Source of the DNA: Eledone cirrhosa
Lineage: Eukaryota
Assembly (NCBI GenBank): GCA_964016885.1
Contig: OZ024740.1
Span: 247,566,001-247,630,000, forward strand
Direction: 5' to 3'
Length of the DNA stretch: 64,000 nucleotides
The position numbers were made by a program, and so were the translations under genes. The notes under the pieces are model-generated. The model was not told where the DNA came from. It saw nothing but the letters and a program-made list of their open reading frames with translations, and made no database searches. Of the stretch, positions 1-12,804 are shown piece by piece (the stretch's first letter is position 1; the number at the start of each line of letters is the position of its first letter).

Positions 1-139
1 ATGTAACAAAAAATAACAATGAAAAATTCCCCAATAGGGGGGAGACTTCGGAGGGACATTTGTGGAGAAAGCCCAGTAAAAAGCCACAATGACCCTGACC
101 ACCAAGGCAAGTGCCCTCTCCCAGTTTTCCACCTTTAGT

Positions 140-3100
140 TTACAGATATATACTCAGAGTCGGCCCATTCACTCGGGCCATTCTTGCTTCTCTCACCCAT
201 CTTTCAACAAAATGCTGGGAAGAGAGCACTTCCTTCTCTACTCTGATTTTCCTTTTCAAATGAAATTTGAAAAAGTCAATCAGAGCATCACCGAAGAGGT
301 AAGTGCTCGTCTTCAGCCCTTTCAAACGTGTCCACCATACTATCTCTTTCGCCATGGCCACCAGACAGATAAAAACTGCCTGCCCTTCCCGGCTAAAGGA
401 GGAGGGCGGGGCAATCCTCACGATAGACTCAGATGATAGCTGGATCCGTCCTAAACGCGACAGCAGGTGTTCGACATAAACCCACAAGTCAGCAATTTTC
501 GGACACTGGACGAGTGCGTGCAGGACGGTTTCGTCGCCCTGCGCGCATCTCGGACATGCCCGGCTGACGGCACCTCCATGCCTGTAGAGTTTATCCCGAA
601 CTGGCAAGGCTCCTCGGTAGCACTGCCAGGCCAGAGATTTCTGGAAGTTGTCCATAGGCCCCGGCCCGAAAGTTCTTCCGAAGAGATTGGCTAGTTGATT
701 TTCGTCGACGCCTAGAGTTTCCCCAAGTACGTCGTCGCTCTTCCCCTCCACTAATCCTCTATAGAACGCCGAGGTGGAGTTTCCACCGATCACATTGCCC
801 GATTGGTCGAGGGCTGTGAGCGCCTGAAGACATTCCAGTCTCCAGGCGCTCCCTCTCGGTCTTCGCTTGACCCAGGACTGCAGCTCCGTCAAGGAAACGA
901 GCTGGGGAAAAACGCGTCTAGCAAACGGCGACCACACCTGATCACCGTCGAGGAAGAGGTGGAGATGTCGTAGCCTGAGCGCGTGCCTGCGCATCATCAG
1001 CCACGGCATTCCCAGCCCTCCACGTAGCGGGTGTTGACAACAGATGGACCGCCTGACCATCGGAGCACGTCCCTTCCACAAAAAGCGAAAGAGCAAACGC
1101 TCCAGCGCAGTCAGGCGAGGCTTAGGACAAGGTACGACGGTTAGGCGGTAGCAGATGACAGACGCGATGTACGCGTTAGCCACCTCCGCTCGACCTTTCA
1201 GGGATAGCTTCCTCTCCGCCCATTTCTGGGTGAGAGAAGCCACCCTGCTCGTCACCTCGTCCCAGTTTTTGTCCGTCTGGAGGTCCGGACCGAACCAGAC
1301 CCCTAGCAATTTAACCGGTCCGTCCGTCCAGCGCCCGACGACGCTGTTGGACGGCATGGACCTGCCTCTCCAGGTGCCGAGCTGCAGGCCCACTGACTTT
1401 TCCTGGTTGATCATTGCTCCTGTCACCGCTTCGTATTCTCTTAGTGTAGTGCCGATCGCCTCGATGTGTTTGGCGTTCGACACCACTACGGTGACATCGT
1501 CGGCATATGCTGACACGGATCTTCCGCATCCTAGTTCGCGCGGGACTCCCCTCAACGTCTCCAGTTTGTGCAGTAATGGCTCGAGAGTCAATACGTACAA
1601 GAGGGACGAGAGGGGACATCCTTGGCGGACCGAGCGCATGATGTTGAACGGTTCCGACAGGTGACCGTTCACTCTCACCACAGAGCAGATGTCGCTGTGC
1701 ATGGCAGCGATCCAGCCTCTGAAGACGGGCCCAAAGCCAGCCGCCCTCAGGACTGCCGCTAGGTAACGATGGTCGACCCTATCGAAAGCTTTCGACTGAT
1801 CTAAATTGATCAAGGACCCACCCGTGCCAGGTTCCCTAGCTACCCTCTCTACGATGTATCGCATGAGGTGGAGGTTGTCGTGGATGGATCTGTCGGGAAT
1901 GGCGCATGTCTGCGCCTCTCCCACCAGACCACCAACGACAAGCGCCAACCTCTTTGCTAGCACCTTGGCCAAAATCTTAAACTCTGTGTTTAGCAGAGTT
2001 ATGGGCCGGAAATTGTCTATGTTATCCCCCTTGTTCGGATCCTTTCTCAGCAGTGCCACCGCTCCTCGGCTCACAGAACTGGGAATTCTCCCGTTCTGTT
2101 GCCAGTTGCAGTAGACGTCCGCCAAGAGGCCTCCGAACAAGTCTGGCATCTGTACGTAAAGTTCATAGGGCAGACCATCCAAACCAGGCGATTTACCCCT
2201 TGTGCAGCCAGTCATTGCCTCCCTTACTTCAGCGGCTGTTATCGGCTTTTCGCAACACTTCGCCTCAGTGGCCGAGAGCCGCGGCAGTCCGTCGAGGTAG
2301 ACACTAAAGTCCATCCCTCTACCCGGCCCACCGCTGCCCCCGAACAGCTGAGCGAAGTGTCGCTGAAAAGCTTCACACATTTGCCCGGGATCGAGTAGCA
2401 TGCGCCCGTCGTGGTCCACCAAAGACCGGATCGTGGCTTTGTTGCCACGACGCGCCTCCGCCACTCGGGCCCATTGAACGGCTTTCGTCCCCTCGTGTCT
2501 GAGAGCACGCACCCTAGCTCTGACAACGCAGCCTTCGTGCTTTGCATTGAAGAATTGGTCAAGGGCCAATTTCGCCGCAAGCACGTCGGTCGCAATGCCT
2601 TTGCTAAGCGCCTCGTCTAATTTTCTAACTAGTTCTCCCTCTGCTCTATTTTTCTCTATTGCTAAAGCCTTACTAAACCTAATCGATTCTATTCTAATCG
2701 CTCTTTTCAGAGCAAACCACCACTTGTTGTTGACGATGGCCCCCGTCAACGCCCGCTTAACTAGTTCGCTAATCCGGTCTCTGTAGGCCTTGCGCGCTGG
2801 TAAGGACGCGTTTAGCTTCCAGTAGCCGGGTCCTCGTCTATGAAGCCTATCTAAGTCAAGCACACAGATCACGAATTTGTGGTCCGTGTAGCTGACTATC
2901 TTGAATTGTGGACAGCCTATGCTAGACCTATCTATTTCCCTACAAAATACTCTATCTAGATATGATCTGGATGACCCTATGCGGTTTGTCCAAGTCCACA
3001 TTGGCACATTCGGGAAATCCAATCGGTACCTGTCAGACAGTTCAAAACGCCTGAGCAGGTTGGTGAGGCTCTTGCACCCTCCACCCCTATCCGCTAATCC

Positions 3101-3559
3101 CACACAGTCCCAGCGTGCATCTAAGATCCCGTTCCAGTCGCCCACTAACACTAAAGAGCGGGACGTTCCAAGAAAGGTCTCCAGACGCCGGAAGAAATCA
3201 GGCCGCCCTGCTCCTGTCGGGGCATAGACGGCCACTAGCCTGAAAGCTTGCCCGTCTCCGCTGGTCACGTCCAGCACCACCAGCTTACCCTCTGGGTCCA
3301 GGAAGATGGCCCGTATGGCGAGATCCAAACCTCTCCGAAAAAGCACAGCAACTCCTCCACCCGATCCAGGACGGCTGGGAGATGCGTACACATCGTAGCC
3401 GCCGAAGATCGGTACGAAGGCCCGTGCTTCGGAGATTCTGGTCTCGCTGATGGCCACTACATCTATGTTTAGTGACCTGAGGTCGTTGAGCAGGTGACCC
3501 TGCTTCCATGACGACCCCAAGCCACGCGCATTTATGCTGCCTATTCTGAGTGAGGTCAT
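140..3559 (-). CDS. LINE ORF2: APE endonuclease + reverse transcriptase + C-terminal CCHC, 1139 aa, uninterrupted
   Basis: EN motifs INARGL, ISET, VYAP, GDWN, YLDRVF, TDHK; RT motifs RQGCPLS, AYADD; C-terminal CPRCAQGDETVLHALVQC. Confidence 0.95.
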   Translation of the reverse strand: MTSLRIGSINARGLGSSWKQGHLLNDLRSLNIDVVAISETRISEARAFVPIFGGYDVYASPSRPGSGGGVAVLFRRGLDLAIRAIFLDPEGKLVVLDVTSGDGQAFRLVAVYAPTGAGRPDFFRRLETFLGTSRSLVLVGDWNGILDARWDCVGLADRGGGCKSLTNLLRRFELSDRYRLDFPNVPMWTWTNRIGSSRSYLDRVFCREIDRSSIGCPQFKIVSYTDHKFVICVLDLDRLHRRGPGYWKLNASLPARKAYRDRISELVKRALTGAIVNNKWWFALKRAIRIESIRFSKALAIEKNRAEGELVRKLDEALSKGIATDVLAAKLALDQFFNAKHEGCVVRARVRALRHEGTKAVQWARVAEARRGNKATIRSLVDHDGRMLLDPGQMCEAFQRHFAQLFGGSGGPGRGMDFSVYLDGLPRLSATEAKCCEKPITAAEVREAMTGCTRGKSPGLDGLPYELYVQMPDLFGGLLADVYCNWQQNGRIPSSVSRGAVALLRKDPNKGDNIDNFRPITLLNTEFKILAKVLAKRLALVVGGLVGEAQTCAIPDRSIHDNLHLMRYIVERVAREPGTGGSLINLDQSKAFDRVDHRYLAAVLRAAGFGPVFRGWIAAMHSDICSVVRVNGHLSEPFNIMRSVRQGCPLSSLLYVLTLEPLLHKLETLRGVPRELGCGRSVSAYADDVTVVVSNAKHIEAIGTTLREYEAVTGAMINQEKSVGLQLGTWRGRSMPSNSVVGRWTDGPVKLLGVWFGPDLQTDKNWDEVTSRVASLTQKWAERKLSLKGRAEVANAYIASVICYRLTVVPCPKPRLTALERLLFRFLWKGRAPMVRRSICCQHPLRGGLGMPWLMMRRHALRLRHLHLFLDGDQVWSPFARRVFPQLVSLTELQSWVKRRPRGSAWRLECLQALTALDQSGNVIGGNSTSAFYRGLVEGKSDDVLGETLGVDENQLANLFGRTFGPGPMDNFQKSLAWQCYRGALPVRDKLYRHGGAVSRACPRCAQGDETVLHALVQCPKIADLWVYVEHLLSRLGRIQLSSESIVRIAPPSSFSREGQAVFICLVAMAKEIVWWTRLKGLKTSTYLFGDALIDFFKFHLKRKIRVEKEVLSSQHFVERWVREARMARVNGPTLSIYL

Positions 3560-3594
3560 GTTTAAAATAGAGTGGAAAAGATGGGAAAGACCAC

Positions 3595-5691
3595 TTACCG
3601 TACTTTTGGTAGAGGAGGGATGGTTTTTACATCCCTTTTCACTTGATCGTCTGGTGAAGGGACCGTTGAATCGTCCCTTCGGCTGGTCGTCGGCTCTTCT
3701 AAGAGAATGTCTGAGTATACTCTTCGATTGATGGTTCCTCCTAGGTCCCTGAAATCACCAACTGCGTTGGGGAATTTCGTTTTAATGTTTGTGTATTGTT
3801 TCTGTGCTATTTTTAGCAGTCTTATGTTAGTTGGCGTTTTGATTGGTGCTGGTATTATGTAGTCCTGTTGTGAAATGTCTGTGTGTTCAATTATGTAAGT
3901 CATTAGTTTCTTGTTGTGTGTATTTATTGCCGTGCATTTGTTTTTCTGGGGGTGGGGTGTGGTTCTGCTATTTTCTTGTCGTTGTTGCTGGGTGTGTGTG
4001 TTTTGTTGTTGTGTTTGCGATGTTGGTGCTTGTGGTGGTGGAGTTGAAGGTGTTGTTGGCGGTGGGGTTGTCGCCGGTGGTGATGGTGGTGCTAGTGTGG
4101 GTGGTGATGGTGTTGGTGTTGTTGCTGCTGTGGGTCTCTTTGCAGTAGACTTTACCCTTTTCTCATTTCTTTCCTCCCTTTTCAAAGGCGACGATGCGCT
4201 GCTTCTGCGTTTGTGCCTTCTTGCGACCTTTTGCCATCCCTCTCCCACCTCACACTCCATGTCTGATTCTGTGAGGTCGGGGAGGGGTACCAGCTCCACT
4301 CTTTCACTTGTTGTTGTTGGTGATGTTTGCACTGGAGTCTCTGTTGCAGCTGCATTTGGTATTGCTGTTGTTGTTGTTAATATTTCCACTGCTGCTGCTG
4401 TTTTTGATTTCCGTGGCGTGGGTATGGGTGCCACGGACCTATCGTTCCTGGTTGCCGCTTGTCCTGTTGCTGGTAGCCGTGGAGCCGGATTCGGAAGGAG
4501 GGGGGTTTTCTCCTTTCTCAGGGTCTTCTCGTTGCAGAAGGCCCTGAGGTGAGTCTTCGATCCACAGCGAAAGCATTTCGGGCGTTTGCCCTCAACACTT
4601 ATGGGCAGTTGAGTGCCGTTATCGAAGTCTATCACATCCGGGATAGCTTCGATGCACTCCTGGTTGGTTTGGATTAGCATCTCAATGGAGGAGCCGACCC
4701 AATCTTCTCTTACTTTTTTCTGTACTTGCAGTACAGTTGTTTTGTCCTCGATTCCGATTAGGACAGACGCGGCCAGCCAAGAAGGGGTCATTCCGGGGGG
4801 GACGTGGGTCAGTTTGACCCTCACAATTTTTTGCCCGCAGTAGGAGGGCACCAACACCATTTCCTCGCTCCTTAGGGTCACTACTGATTGGGCCTTTGCC
4901 TCCTGGGGTGTGGCAAAAAGTACGTCTACGGTGGCATATTTTTTGCCTCGGGTGATGTGCGTTTTCCGCTGCCACACAGACCCCAAGGCTTTTTGTATTT
5001 GGGCCTCTGTGGCTCTTTCCACCCTACGGGATTTTGTACTTACTGTACGGTACGTGACCGTACAGTGCTCTTGGGTTTTGAAAAATTTTTCCGCTGCCTT
5101 GCAGATTGCTCGGTGTCCGTTCTTTGTCACCATCTTCTTCGCTTCCTCTAATTCCTCATTTGTTATGAGGATTGTTTCCAAGTTTTTCGCAATACCTGCA
5201 AATGAGATTGGTTTTTCTCTGCTGTTGTTGTTGTCGTCAGAGCTGCTGGTACTTTTGTTGTTGCTGCAGGTACTACGACTAGTGCCTCCGCCGCTGTTGC
5301 TGTGGTTGTTGTTGGTGTTGCTGCTGCTAATGCTGTTGTTGTTTATGCTGCTGGTGATGCTGTTGCGGCTGCTACTGTTGTTTTCATTGTCACTGTTGCT
5401 GTTGTTATTACGGCTGCTACTGCTATTATTCCTGACGTCAGACGAATGAACTGGGTTTTCGTATTTCCCGCACACCTGTTTCGTCGCTGTCGTCGTCGTC
5501 GTGGAGAAACCTTGCACGCTTTGCACGAGACTTTTCTTTTCTTTCGTCACTTGCGAAAGAGAAGGGAGGGAGAGAGACACATTTAAAGAAGGGAGGGAGA
5601 GAGACAATCTTCTCTCTGCTGTAGTGATGATTGAGGAAGAAGAAGACGGAATGAGTGGGAGTGACGTATGAAATTTCTTTTTCGTAGCCAT
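3595..5691 (-). CDS. LINE ORF1 (nucleic-acid-binding, zinc knuckle), 698 aa
   Basis: CFRCGSKTHLRAFC knuckle, N/S- and P/T-rich low-complexity segments, directly upstream of ORF2. Confidence 0.88.
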   Translation of the reverse strand: MATKKKFHTSLPLIPSSSSSIITTAERRLSLSLPSLNVSLSLPSLSQVTKEKKSLVQSVQGFSTTTTTATKQVCGKYENPVHSSDVRNNSSSSRNNNSNSDNENNSSSRNSITSSINNNSISSSNTNNNHSNSGGGTSRSTCSNNKSTSSSDDNNNSREKPISFAGIAKNLETILITNEELEEAKKMVTKNGHRAICKAAEKFFKTQEHCTVTYRTVSTKSRRVERATEAQIQKALGSVWQRKTHITRGKKYATVDVLFATPQEAKAQSVVTLRSEEMVLVPSYCGQKIVRVKLTHVPPGMTPSWLAASVLIGIEDKTTVLQVQKKVREDWVGSSIEMLIQTNQECIEAIPDVIDFDNGTQLPISVEGKRPKCFRCGSKTHLRAFCNEKTLRKEKTPLLPNPAPRLPATGQAATRNDRSVAPIPTPRKSKTAAAVEILTTTTAIPNAAATETPVQTSPTTTSERVELVPLPDLTESDMECEVGEGWQKVARRHKRRSSASSPLKREERNEKRVKSTAKRPTAATTPTPSPPTLAPPSPPATTPPPTTPSTPPPQAPTSQTQQQNTHTQQQRQENSRTTPHPQKNKCTAINTHNKKLMTYIIEHTDISQQDYIIPAPIKTPTNIRLLKIAQKQYTNIKTKFPNAVGDFRDLGGTINRRVYSDILLEEPTTSRRDDSTVPSPDDQVKRDVKTIPPLPKVR

Positions 5692-5932
5692 GTTGTTTTT
5701 TGTTTAAAATGAAATTTTGGGTACAAAACCCCAATAACTGGTTATTTAACCCCGAAGGGCCAAATAACGGACAGAAAGACCCCTCTCACGAGGAGGAGGG
5801 TGTCTTTATCAACAATTTGGTTCAAGTTTTAAACAATTTACAATTGTTTTAACGGTTAAAAATTACTATACCTTACAGAGCCGAGCCTCCGTCAACCATG
5901 GCATTCAATAATAATAATAATAATAATAATAA

Positions 5933-7819
5933 TTTTTTGTCATTCAGTATGAAGACATGGAGAACGACACTCCTTTTGAATAGTGAAACAAAATTACTGG
6001 AAGCTGGAGAAGTTAATATTAATTGTGGAATTTTTCAGGGTGACTCTTTATCACCGCTTTTATTCTGCATCGCACTTATACCATTAAGTAAAATAATCAA
6101 TGAAACAAAACATGGATATAGTGTCTATGACAAAACCATTAATCACCTGTTCTACATGGATGGCCTGAAACTATTTGCAAAAAATGATGAACAATTGCAA
6201 GGGCTATTATCCACTGTGAAGCAGTTCAGTGATGACATTAAAATGGAGTTTGGACTGGATAAATGCGCCAAAGCAACGTTCACCAGAGGAAAGCTGCTGA
6301 AGAGTTCAGACATTAATCTTGATCGGGGGAACGTGATAAGAGAGCTTGATCAAGAAAAACTTACAAATATCTAGGTGTTTGTGAAGGAGACGGAATCAAG
6401 CACTCGACAATGAGGGAAAGGATAAGGAAGGAATGTTACCGCAGAGTCAGAGCAATCTTAAGAACGGAATTGAATGCAAGGAATAGGATCGATGCCATAA
6501 ACACGCTTGCCATACCAGTAGTAACCTACAGTTACAATGTCATCAACTGGTCAAGCACAGAGATCCGTAGGCTCGATACAAAAATCCGAAAATTCTTAAC
6601 CATGCACAGAATGCATCACCCAAAGGCAGACATAGATAGAATATATCTCCCTAGGAAAGAAGGAGGACGTGGATTAATCCAGTTAGACATTGCGTTGAAA
6701 ACTTCAACAATTGGATTATCCACATATCTAAGGGAATCACATGATTGGATGATCAAACTCGTTTTGAAACACGAAAGCACCAAAAGATCATATTCCATTA
6801 CAAAAGATGCACAAAGATACAGTAATGGACTACAAATTTCAGAAGTCCCATTTACTGCTGAAATGGAAAACACAGAAAAAGCAAAGCAGGTAAAAGTAAC
6901 TGCAAAGAAAGAACTTCTACAGAAACTGGCTAAGAAATGGCAAGAAAAGCCTCTGTATGGAAAATACCCAGAGCGAGCTAACAATCCTGATGTTGACAAA
7001 ACTTTAACCCATCAGTGGTTGGCATCCTCTGGACTGAAATCGGAGACTGAAGGACTGATTATATGGGCACAAGATCAGTGTCTGCCAACAAAAAATTACC
7101 AAGCCAACATAATAAAAAATGGGTGCAACCTATTATGCCGTGTATGCAAAAAAACAACCAGAGACCATTGACCATATAATGTCAATGTGCAGTCCTATAG
7201 CTCCAACCGAATACCTAAACAGGCATGACAGAGCTGCACAATACATACATTGGATGATGTGTAAGCATTTTGACCTGCCCCATCAAAAGAATTGGTGGGA
7301 TACTTGAAAAAGATCACATCTCAATCTTGTGGAACTTTAGCATCCAAACAGACCGAAAAATAGATGCAAATAGACCTGATATAATATTGAAGGACTTTCA
7401 AAGGAGGGTATGCCTGCTAATTGATATGTCTGTTCCAATAGACAAGAATGTATCTATAAAAACATTTGAAAAATTGAGCAAGTATAAGGACCTGGAGATA
7501 GAAATTGGAAAAATGTGGAAATTGAGAACTAAAACAATACCAGTGGTTGTAGGCGCTCTGGGAATGATACCTAAGGGGTCTAACGACTACTTATCGCAAA
7601 TCCCAGGAAACCCGCGTATAGGAGAAATACAAAAGATAGTACTAATGGGAACTGCCCATATACTAAGGAAGATCCTGTCAATATAAGTACATCACAAGTC
7701 TAAGGATGCATGTGTGAATATGTATGTTCTTTCTTGAACATGGCGGACCTTGTTGTCTCTTGAGGTCACTGGTTGTGACTTGGTGATAACTCGTATGAAC
7801 ATAAAGCAAGATAAATGCA

Positions 7820-7820
<1 letters not shown>
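5933..7820 (+). mobile_element. 5'-truncated, frameshifted R4/Dong-like non-LTR retrotransposon (RT + REL endonuclease)
   Basis: GIFQGDSLSPLLF, FYMDG (degenerate YMDD), CRVC..ETIDH..C, RHD, NRPDII..LIDMSVP..KLSKYKDL across ORFs 5898-7686. Flanked by (TAA)n on both sides (5907-5932, 7820-7865), the known Dong target. Confidence 0.9.
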
Positions 7821-7865
<45 letters not shown>

Positions 7866-9427
7866 TATTAATTAATAGGAATAACAATAATAATAGTCTA
7901 AACATGAATAATGGTATAACGCCTTTAAATAGCAATGAGAATAGTATAATACCTGTAAATAACACTGACAATAAATGTAATTGTAGAAATAGGTCTGAAT
8001 GCCCTTTACAAAATAATTGCCTTGATAAAAATCTTGTATATAAATGTACCATTAAGGCAAATGGTAATATATATATTTACATAGGTGCCACTTCATCTAA
8101 ATTTAAGGAAAGCTGGTATAATCACAGACACACTTTTAATAGACCGGATAAATCATTTTCAACTTCACTTTCACAATTAGTATTGTCTTTAAAGGACAAT
8201 AACATTAAATATTACATCTCTTGGAGGGAATTACGGTTTGCTACCCCTTACCGGATCTCAGCAAGTTCAGAATTTTACCATCTTTGCAATGAGGTGATAC
8301 AACACATAATCACAAACTATAACAATTTAATCAACAACAAAAACATACATTATTTAGTAGTTGTCATCATAACATTGGTAAAACTTTCCAGGCAATGTAC
8401 CAGTTCCCCAAAACATAAGGACAAATAACAACTTGAATATATATAAATTTTGCCTAATTGAAGTAATAATTTATAGATATTTATATTAAATAGAATAACC
8501 TCATTGAGAGTTTTTTAATCCTATGATTTGATTAGGATAGCTGAATATTTAATTAGACATCAATTATGATATATACAATTGATAGTTTAAGGTTCTTAAA
8601 ATATCGCTGGTCGCGAGAGAAGTGATTCCCTCTAAGTTAAAAAATGCTTTTTACATTGTAAAAGAGTTATCTTCCTTTTGTTAACATTGTCCGAAAATTT
8701 GTTTTTCATTAGCTTGAAAAAAACATATAAAATATATAATATGGATTAATAAATAATATTTAATAGTTTAATAATACATAGACTATCATTAAAAGTAAAC
8801 TATATATATCAGAATAATTAAATATAGAAGTAAATATAACCACAGTTAGATTCTAAAGAATAAATGAAAATTAAAAAATAACGAAGGTTCACATAAAGTG
8901 AATTTTAAATTAATTTAGATAATAAATGAACAAAATATATTATTTATATTGATGGGGATATATGCATTTTAATATATTTTAATACATATTTAATAGGTAT
9001 TTAATTAGGTATTAAAGATAAATTGTTTTAAAGTTGTAGTATAATATTAATAGAATATCTTACCTTACATTGTCATAATCTAGAATGAGCTAAATTAAAT
9101 TAATTTAAGCATATAAATTTGCAATTAACTTAAATATTTGATTGCTATAGAAAGTAATCTAAGCCTAATAATCTGGATATAATATAAACTTATAATTAAC
9201 TAAAGCGTAATCCAATACAAGCGGTATTCACTGACAAATATTAGGGGAAATTTTGAATTTTGAATTTTGTCTAGCATTTGAATACAACGGGTTTTTTATT
9301 CTCCCCTTTATTTTATCCTTTCCTTTTCGTTTTCTTCGTTTTTCTTTATTTCCCTTCTTTTTTTCTTTTTTCTCTCCGCATCTTCCCTTTTCTTCTGTTT
9401 TTATTCCCCTTCTCTTTTTTTCATCTT

Positions 9428-9466
<39 letters not shown>

Positions 9467-9782
9467 TTCATTTATTTATGTATTTCCCTTCTTTTTCTTC
9501 GCATCTTCCATCTCAACTCCCCTATATTTCTACCTTGCTCTACGTCCTCTTCTTCTCTAAGTTTATCATATTATTTGTGGCATAAAAATGTTGAGGGTTG
9601 GTGAAATAAATCACTACCACTACTGGAATTGAATAATCAAAACCGTAGCGGTATGTCGCATATCCAATCTCTTATATATTTTATCTGATGAAAACGTACT
9701 TATACACCATTGTACCTTTGAAATATGTATAATAAAATACATATTTTGGTTATGAGAATATTTTTCATTTATTACTATTTTG

Positions 9783-9787
<5 letters not shown>
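7866..9787 (+). mobile_element. 5'-truncated PLE (CxC linker + GIY-YIG, long AT-rich 3' region, terminal HHR)
   Basis: ORF 7904-8428: KCNCRNRSECPLQNNC..LVYKC..YIYIGAT..FKE. Ends with HHR, then (TA)n. Confidence 0.85.
9677..9739 (+). ncRNA. Type I hammerhead ribozyme
   Basis: TATTTTAT-CTGATGA-AAACGTAC..GTACCTTT-GAAA-TATGTA-TA^ATAAAATA; 8-bp stem I, minimal stem III. Confidence 0.85.
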
Positions 9788-9844
<57 letters not shown>

Positions 9845-10242
9845 GGTTATGTAATAAACAACATAAGATAATTAATTCATTTACCAGTGGACAGTCGTCA
9901 GAAAGAATAACATGATATGTTTAATAAATATGGATTTGAAAACAAAATTTAGGAAATATGAAAGAGAAGCTGAAATCAAATAACGGGCAAAAAAATATAT
10001 AAATAAATATCCAGCAAAACATAAACATACACACACTCAAACACATGCTTATACGTAATAGTACTTAAACGTATACATTCTCACATAATTGTATTTGCGT
10101 CTATATGGAAATACGAACACACGCATATAAACGTGTGATCTTTTGCTCATATATGCGCACACACAGGCTCACACACACATGTAATCAATAATACGGTAAA
10201 ATCTATATATACATACATGCATATCTCTCCATACACATATAC

Positions 10243-10281
<39 letters not shown>

Positions 10282-12203
10282 TACATATATTAAAATGTAC
10301 AAACCATTGGGAAGTAGTTCGGAGACAGATATAAATAAATAAGATAAAAAAGATTCACAAAATATATATAAGAAATTAAAATTAAATAAAAATAAAAATA
10401 AAGCCATAAAGGGACGTGTTGACAACGAAAGGTGTGCGGGGGGGGGGGGGGGGATTATTTAATTATAAAATATAAATACAAACAATATATATACATTAAT
10501 GCATGAACAGCATTTATTTTTCAACGCGTCTTCTTTTCTATCTCTTTCCTAAGTTCTCAATCGATGGAACTCCATTGACGATGACCTTCTTTGCAGATGA
10601 TTGTGAAATGAAGATTACCGGTAAAAAACGAAGTTTATGTAAGTTTACCTTGCTTTATTGCAAACGCTGAGACACACGTGTACATGTTTATATAAGTTTA
10701 TACAAGAAGTGATATTATTTGCAGAAGATGACAATAGCTACACTGTAAAAAGTGGAGGGTCAAATGTACCAGGTGGTTTTTCATTCGGTAGTTTTACATC
10801 AAACATCTGAAGAGTTTCATTGTTGATGTCATATATTTTGAGAGAGGTGTTGCAAAAATCTCGTTCTGTAGTTCATTTAACCATACTGCATCGCGGTTGT
10901 ATTGTTTATTTACATTCCAAATTCCATCTACCATTGCCATTTTAGATCATAGGGGTAAGTGGTGGAGGAATTTACAACTGTGAGTATGACTTTTGTGGAT
11001 TTCGGTCAGCTGGTTAATAGTATGTATGTAAGTATGTATAAAATGTCGGATCGCCGGCGACTAAATCGGCAACCCCTCCAAGCTTGCTTGGTGATAGCGT
11101 TAATTTCGACACCTTGCGGGATGAAAAAAGAAACACGTCATCAGAGTAAATAACTATCCAATAGCGTGTATACATATATGTGTATTTGCATGTTTATGTA
11201 AATGCACATGACAGAAGATATTCTTTCTTGGAACATGTAGTGTTTGTAGTCTCTAGCCACCTGATCTTGATTTTTCTTGTTGCTAGCTTAACGTCTTCAA
11301 ACATTTGGAGAGTGGCTCTCGTGTAGCACAAGCGTTTTTCACAATAACATGTAGACCCTTTTCACTATTACATCTAGACACTTTTTGTGTCTATGTTTTA
11401 TTTTACCTCCAATCAACTAAGGGAAAGCGAGAATACGGACTTCTTAGAGCCCCATAAAGACGTTGCAAATTTCGTTGCAGCGATTAGAGTATCGGGTAAT
11501 AGTAGTTTCGTCACTCAGAAGATGTATAATCTGCGGAAGTCGAAATTCTTCCGTCGCCAATGCCGCTGTACCCTTCTTTGAAATACTGTCGAAGCCTACG
11601 AAGTCAAGTAATACTTGTTATATTCACGTATGACTTTGTCACCTTCAGAGCCGGTAATGAGGAGGTACTTCATCTTTCAAGTAGTAGGAAGTAGCGAAAA
11701 GGGGGTCATATTTGATAGTGAGTCGGCAGCCTTCGTGTATTTATATTCTTTGTTAACTTTCAGTTGAAGTGAAATGCCCAGCTGATGTGACCGAGATCAT
11801 TACACAAACCAAGCGACATTGTGAAAAGTCAAACCAGAATGAAGCCGTGCAGTGTGCTACCAGACTGGTTCTTGAAGAAATTCAGAAGAATATTGAACTT
11901 GGTAAAATCACCGATAAGAGTCAACTTTAAGGATTCAATTAGTACATACACACATAAACACACACACATGTATATGTGTATATATGCGTGTGTGTAAGTA
12001 TATATAAATACATAATAATTAATTTCTTAACACCGTTGGCTGCTACCTAAGGTTTCATAGACACACTGTATATGCTAGTGTCACTTACCTTTCAGACAAG
12101 ACTAATATATATATATATAAATATGTAAACACTCATTAAGAAAAGAAGTTGATAAAAATAAAGAACACAATAATATTGGTATTAATTTCTCGTTCTTTTC
12201 TCT

Positions 12204-12256
<53 letters not shown>

Positions 12257-12304
12257 TCTTTTTTGTATTTGTTTTGCAAGGTCCATGATGTGTTGAAATA
12301 GATA

Positions 12305-12598
12305 GTGTTATATTTCCGGAGGGACATGTTGTCAATAAAAACATGCGCACTAGCTCATTTTCAATTCGGTTTTATTATAAGACAAGTAACTAATCCATTC
12401 CTCGGATAGTTGAGTAACTGGATGGTTATGTAATTGTCAAAGCTCTTTGTCACATATTCTGTGACCTTCTCCATAACTGTTCTTAATACTCTATATTTCT
12501 CTGTTGATTTTGCTTTAATTACCCCTCCATATGTCTTTCTCACTGACAACTCGACAGGTGCGTGTGTTTTTATTAGTCGTATGACCCTCCCAAAGTCT
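12305..12598 (-). mobile_element. Decayed copy of the HHR-bearing pLTR-like family seen at 33008-33370
   Basis: Minus strand reads GGTCACAGAATATGTGACAAAGAGCTTTGAC (core lost). Shares the ATGACCCTCCCAAAGT terminal motif, present inverted at both ends. Confidence 0.6.
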
Positions 12599-12804
12599 AG
12601 CCATTATTCCTAGGTTTCTGTTGTTATTTTTGTCTTCTGCCCGAAGCCTACACGTAGGATACAATGTTTGTCTACGTTCTTTCCTTTGCGAAATGGACCA
12701 TCCCCTTAGATAATTTGACTCGTGTTAATGCAAAGGCGACATCGATAAATTCCTTAGAAAAAATAATTGTTTCTACTTTTGGCCAGTAATTACCCAGTAA
12801 ATTA

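Larger units (their letters stand above)
1..5906 (-). mobile_element. Near full-length Tx1/L1-clade LINE (3' UTR runs off the window start)
   Basis: Two open ORFs (ORF1 and APE-RT ORF2) separated by 35 nt. The 5' end abuts an (AAT)n tract at 5907-5932. Near-identical to the + strand copy at 52173-54697. Confidence 0.92.

Noticed and set aside
89-5586. Many plus-strand ORFs overlapping the LINE
   Set aside because: Antisense shadows of GC-rich ORF1/ORF2 with no recognisable motifs.
9860-9910. Minus-strand CTGACGA near a TA tract
   Set aside because: No convincing stems or GAAA.
10620-11930. Possible Tc1/mariner or other transposon remnant
   Set aside because: Could not read TIRs or a transposase motif with confidence.
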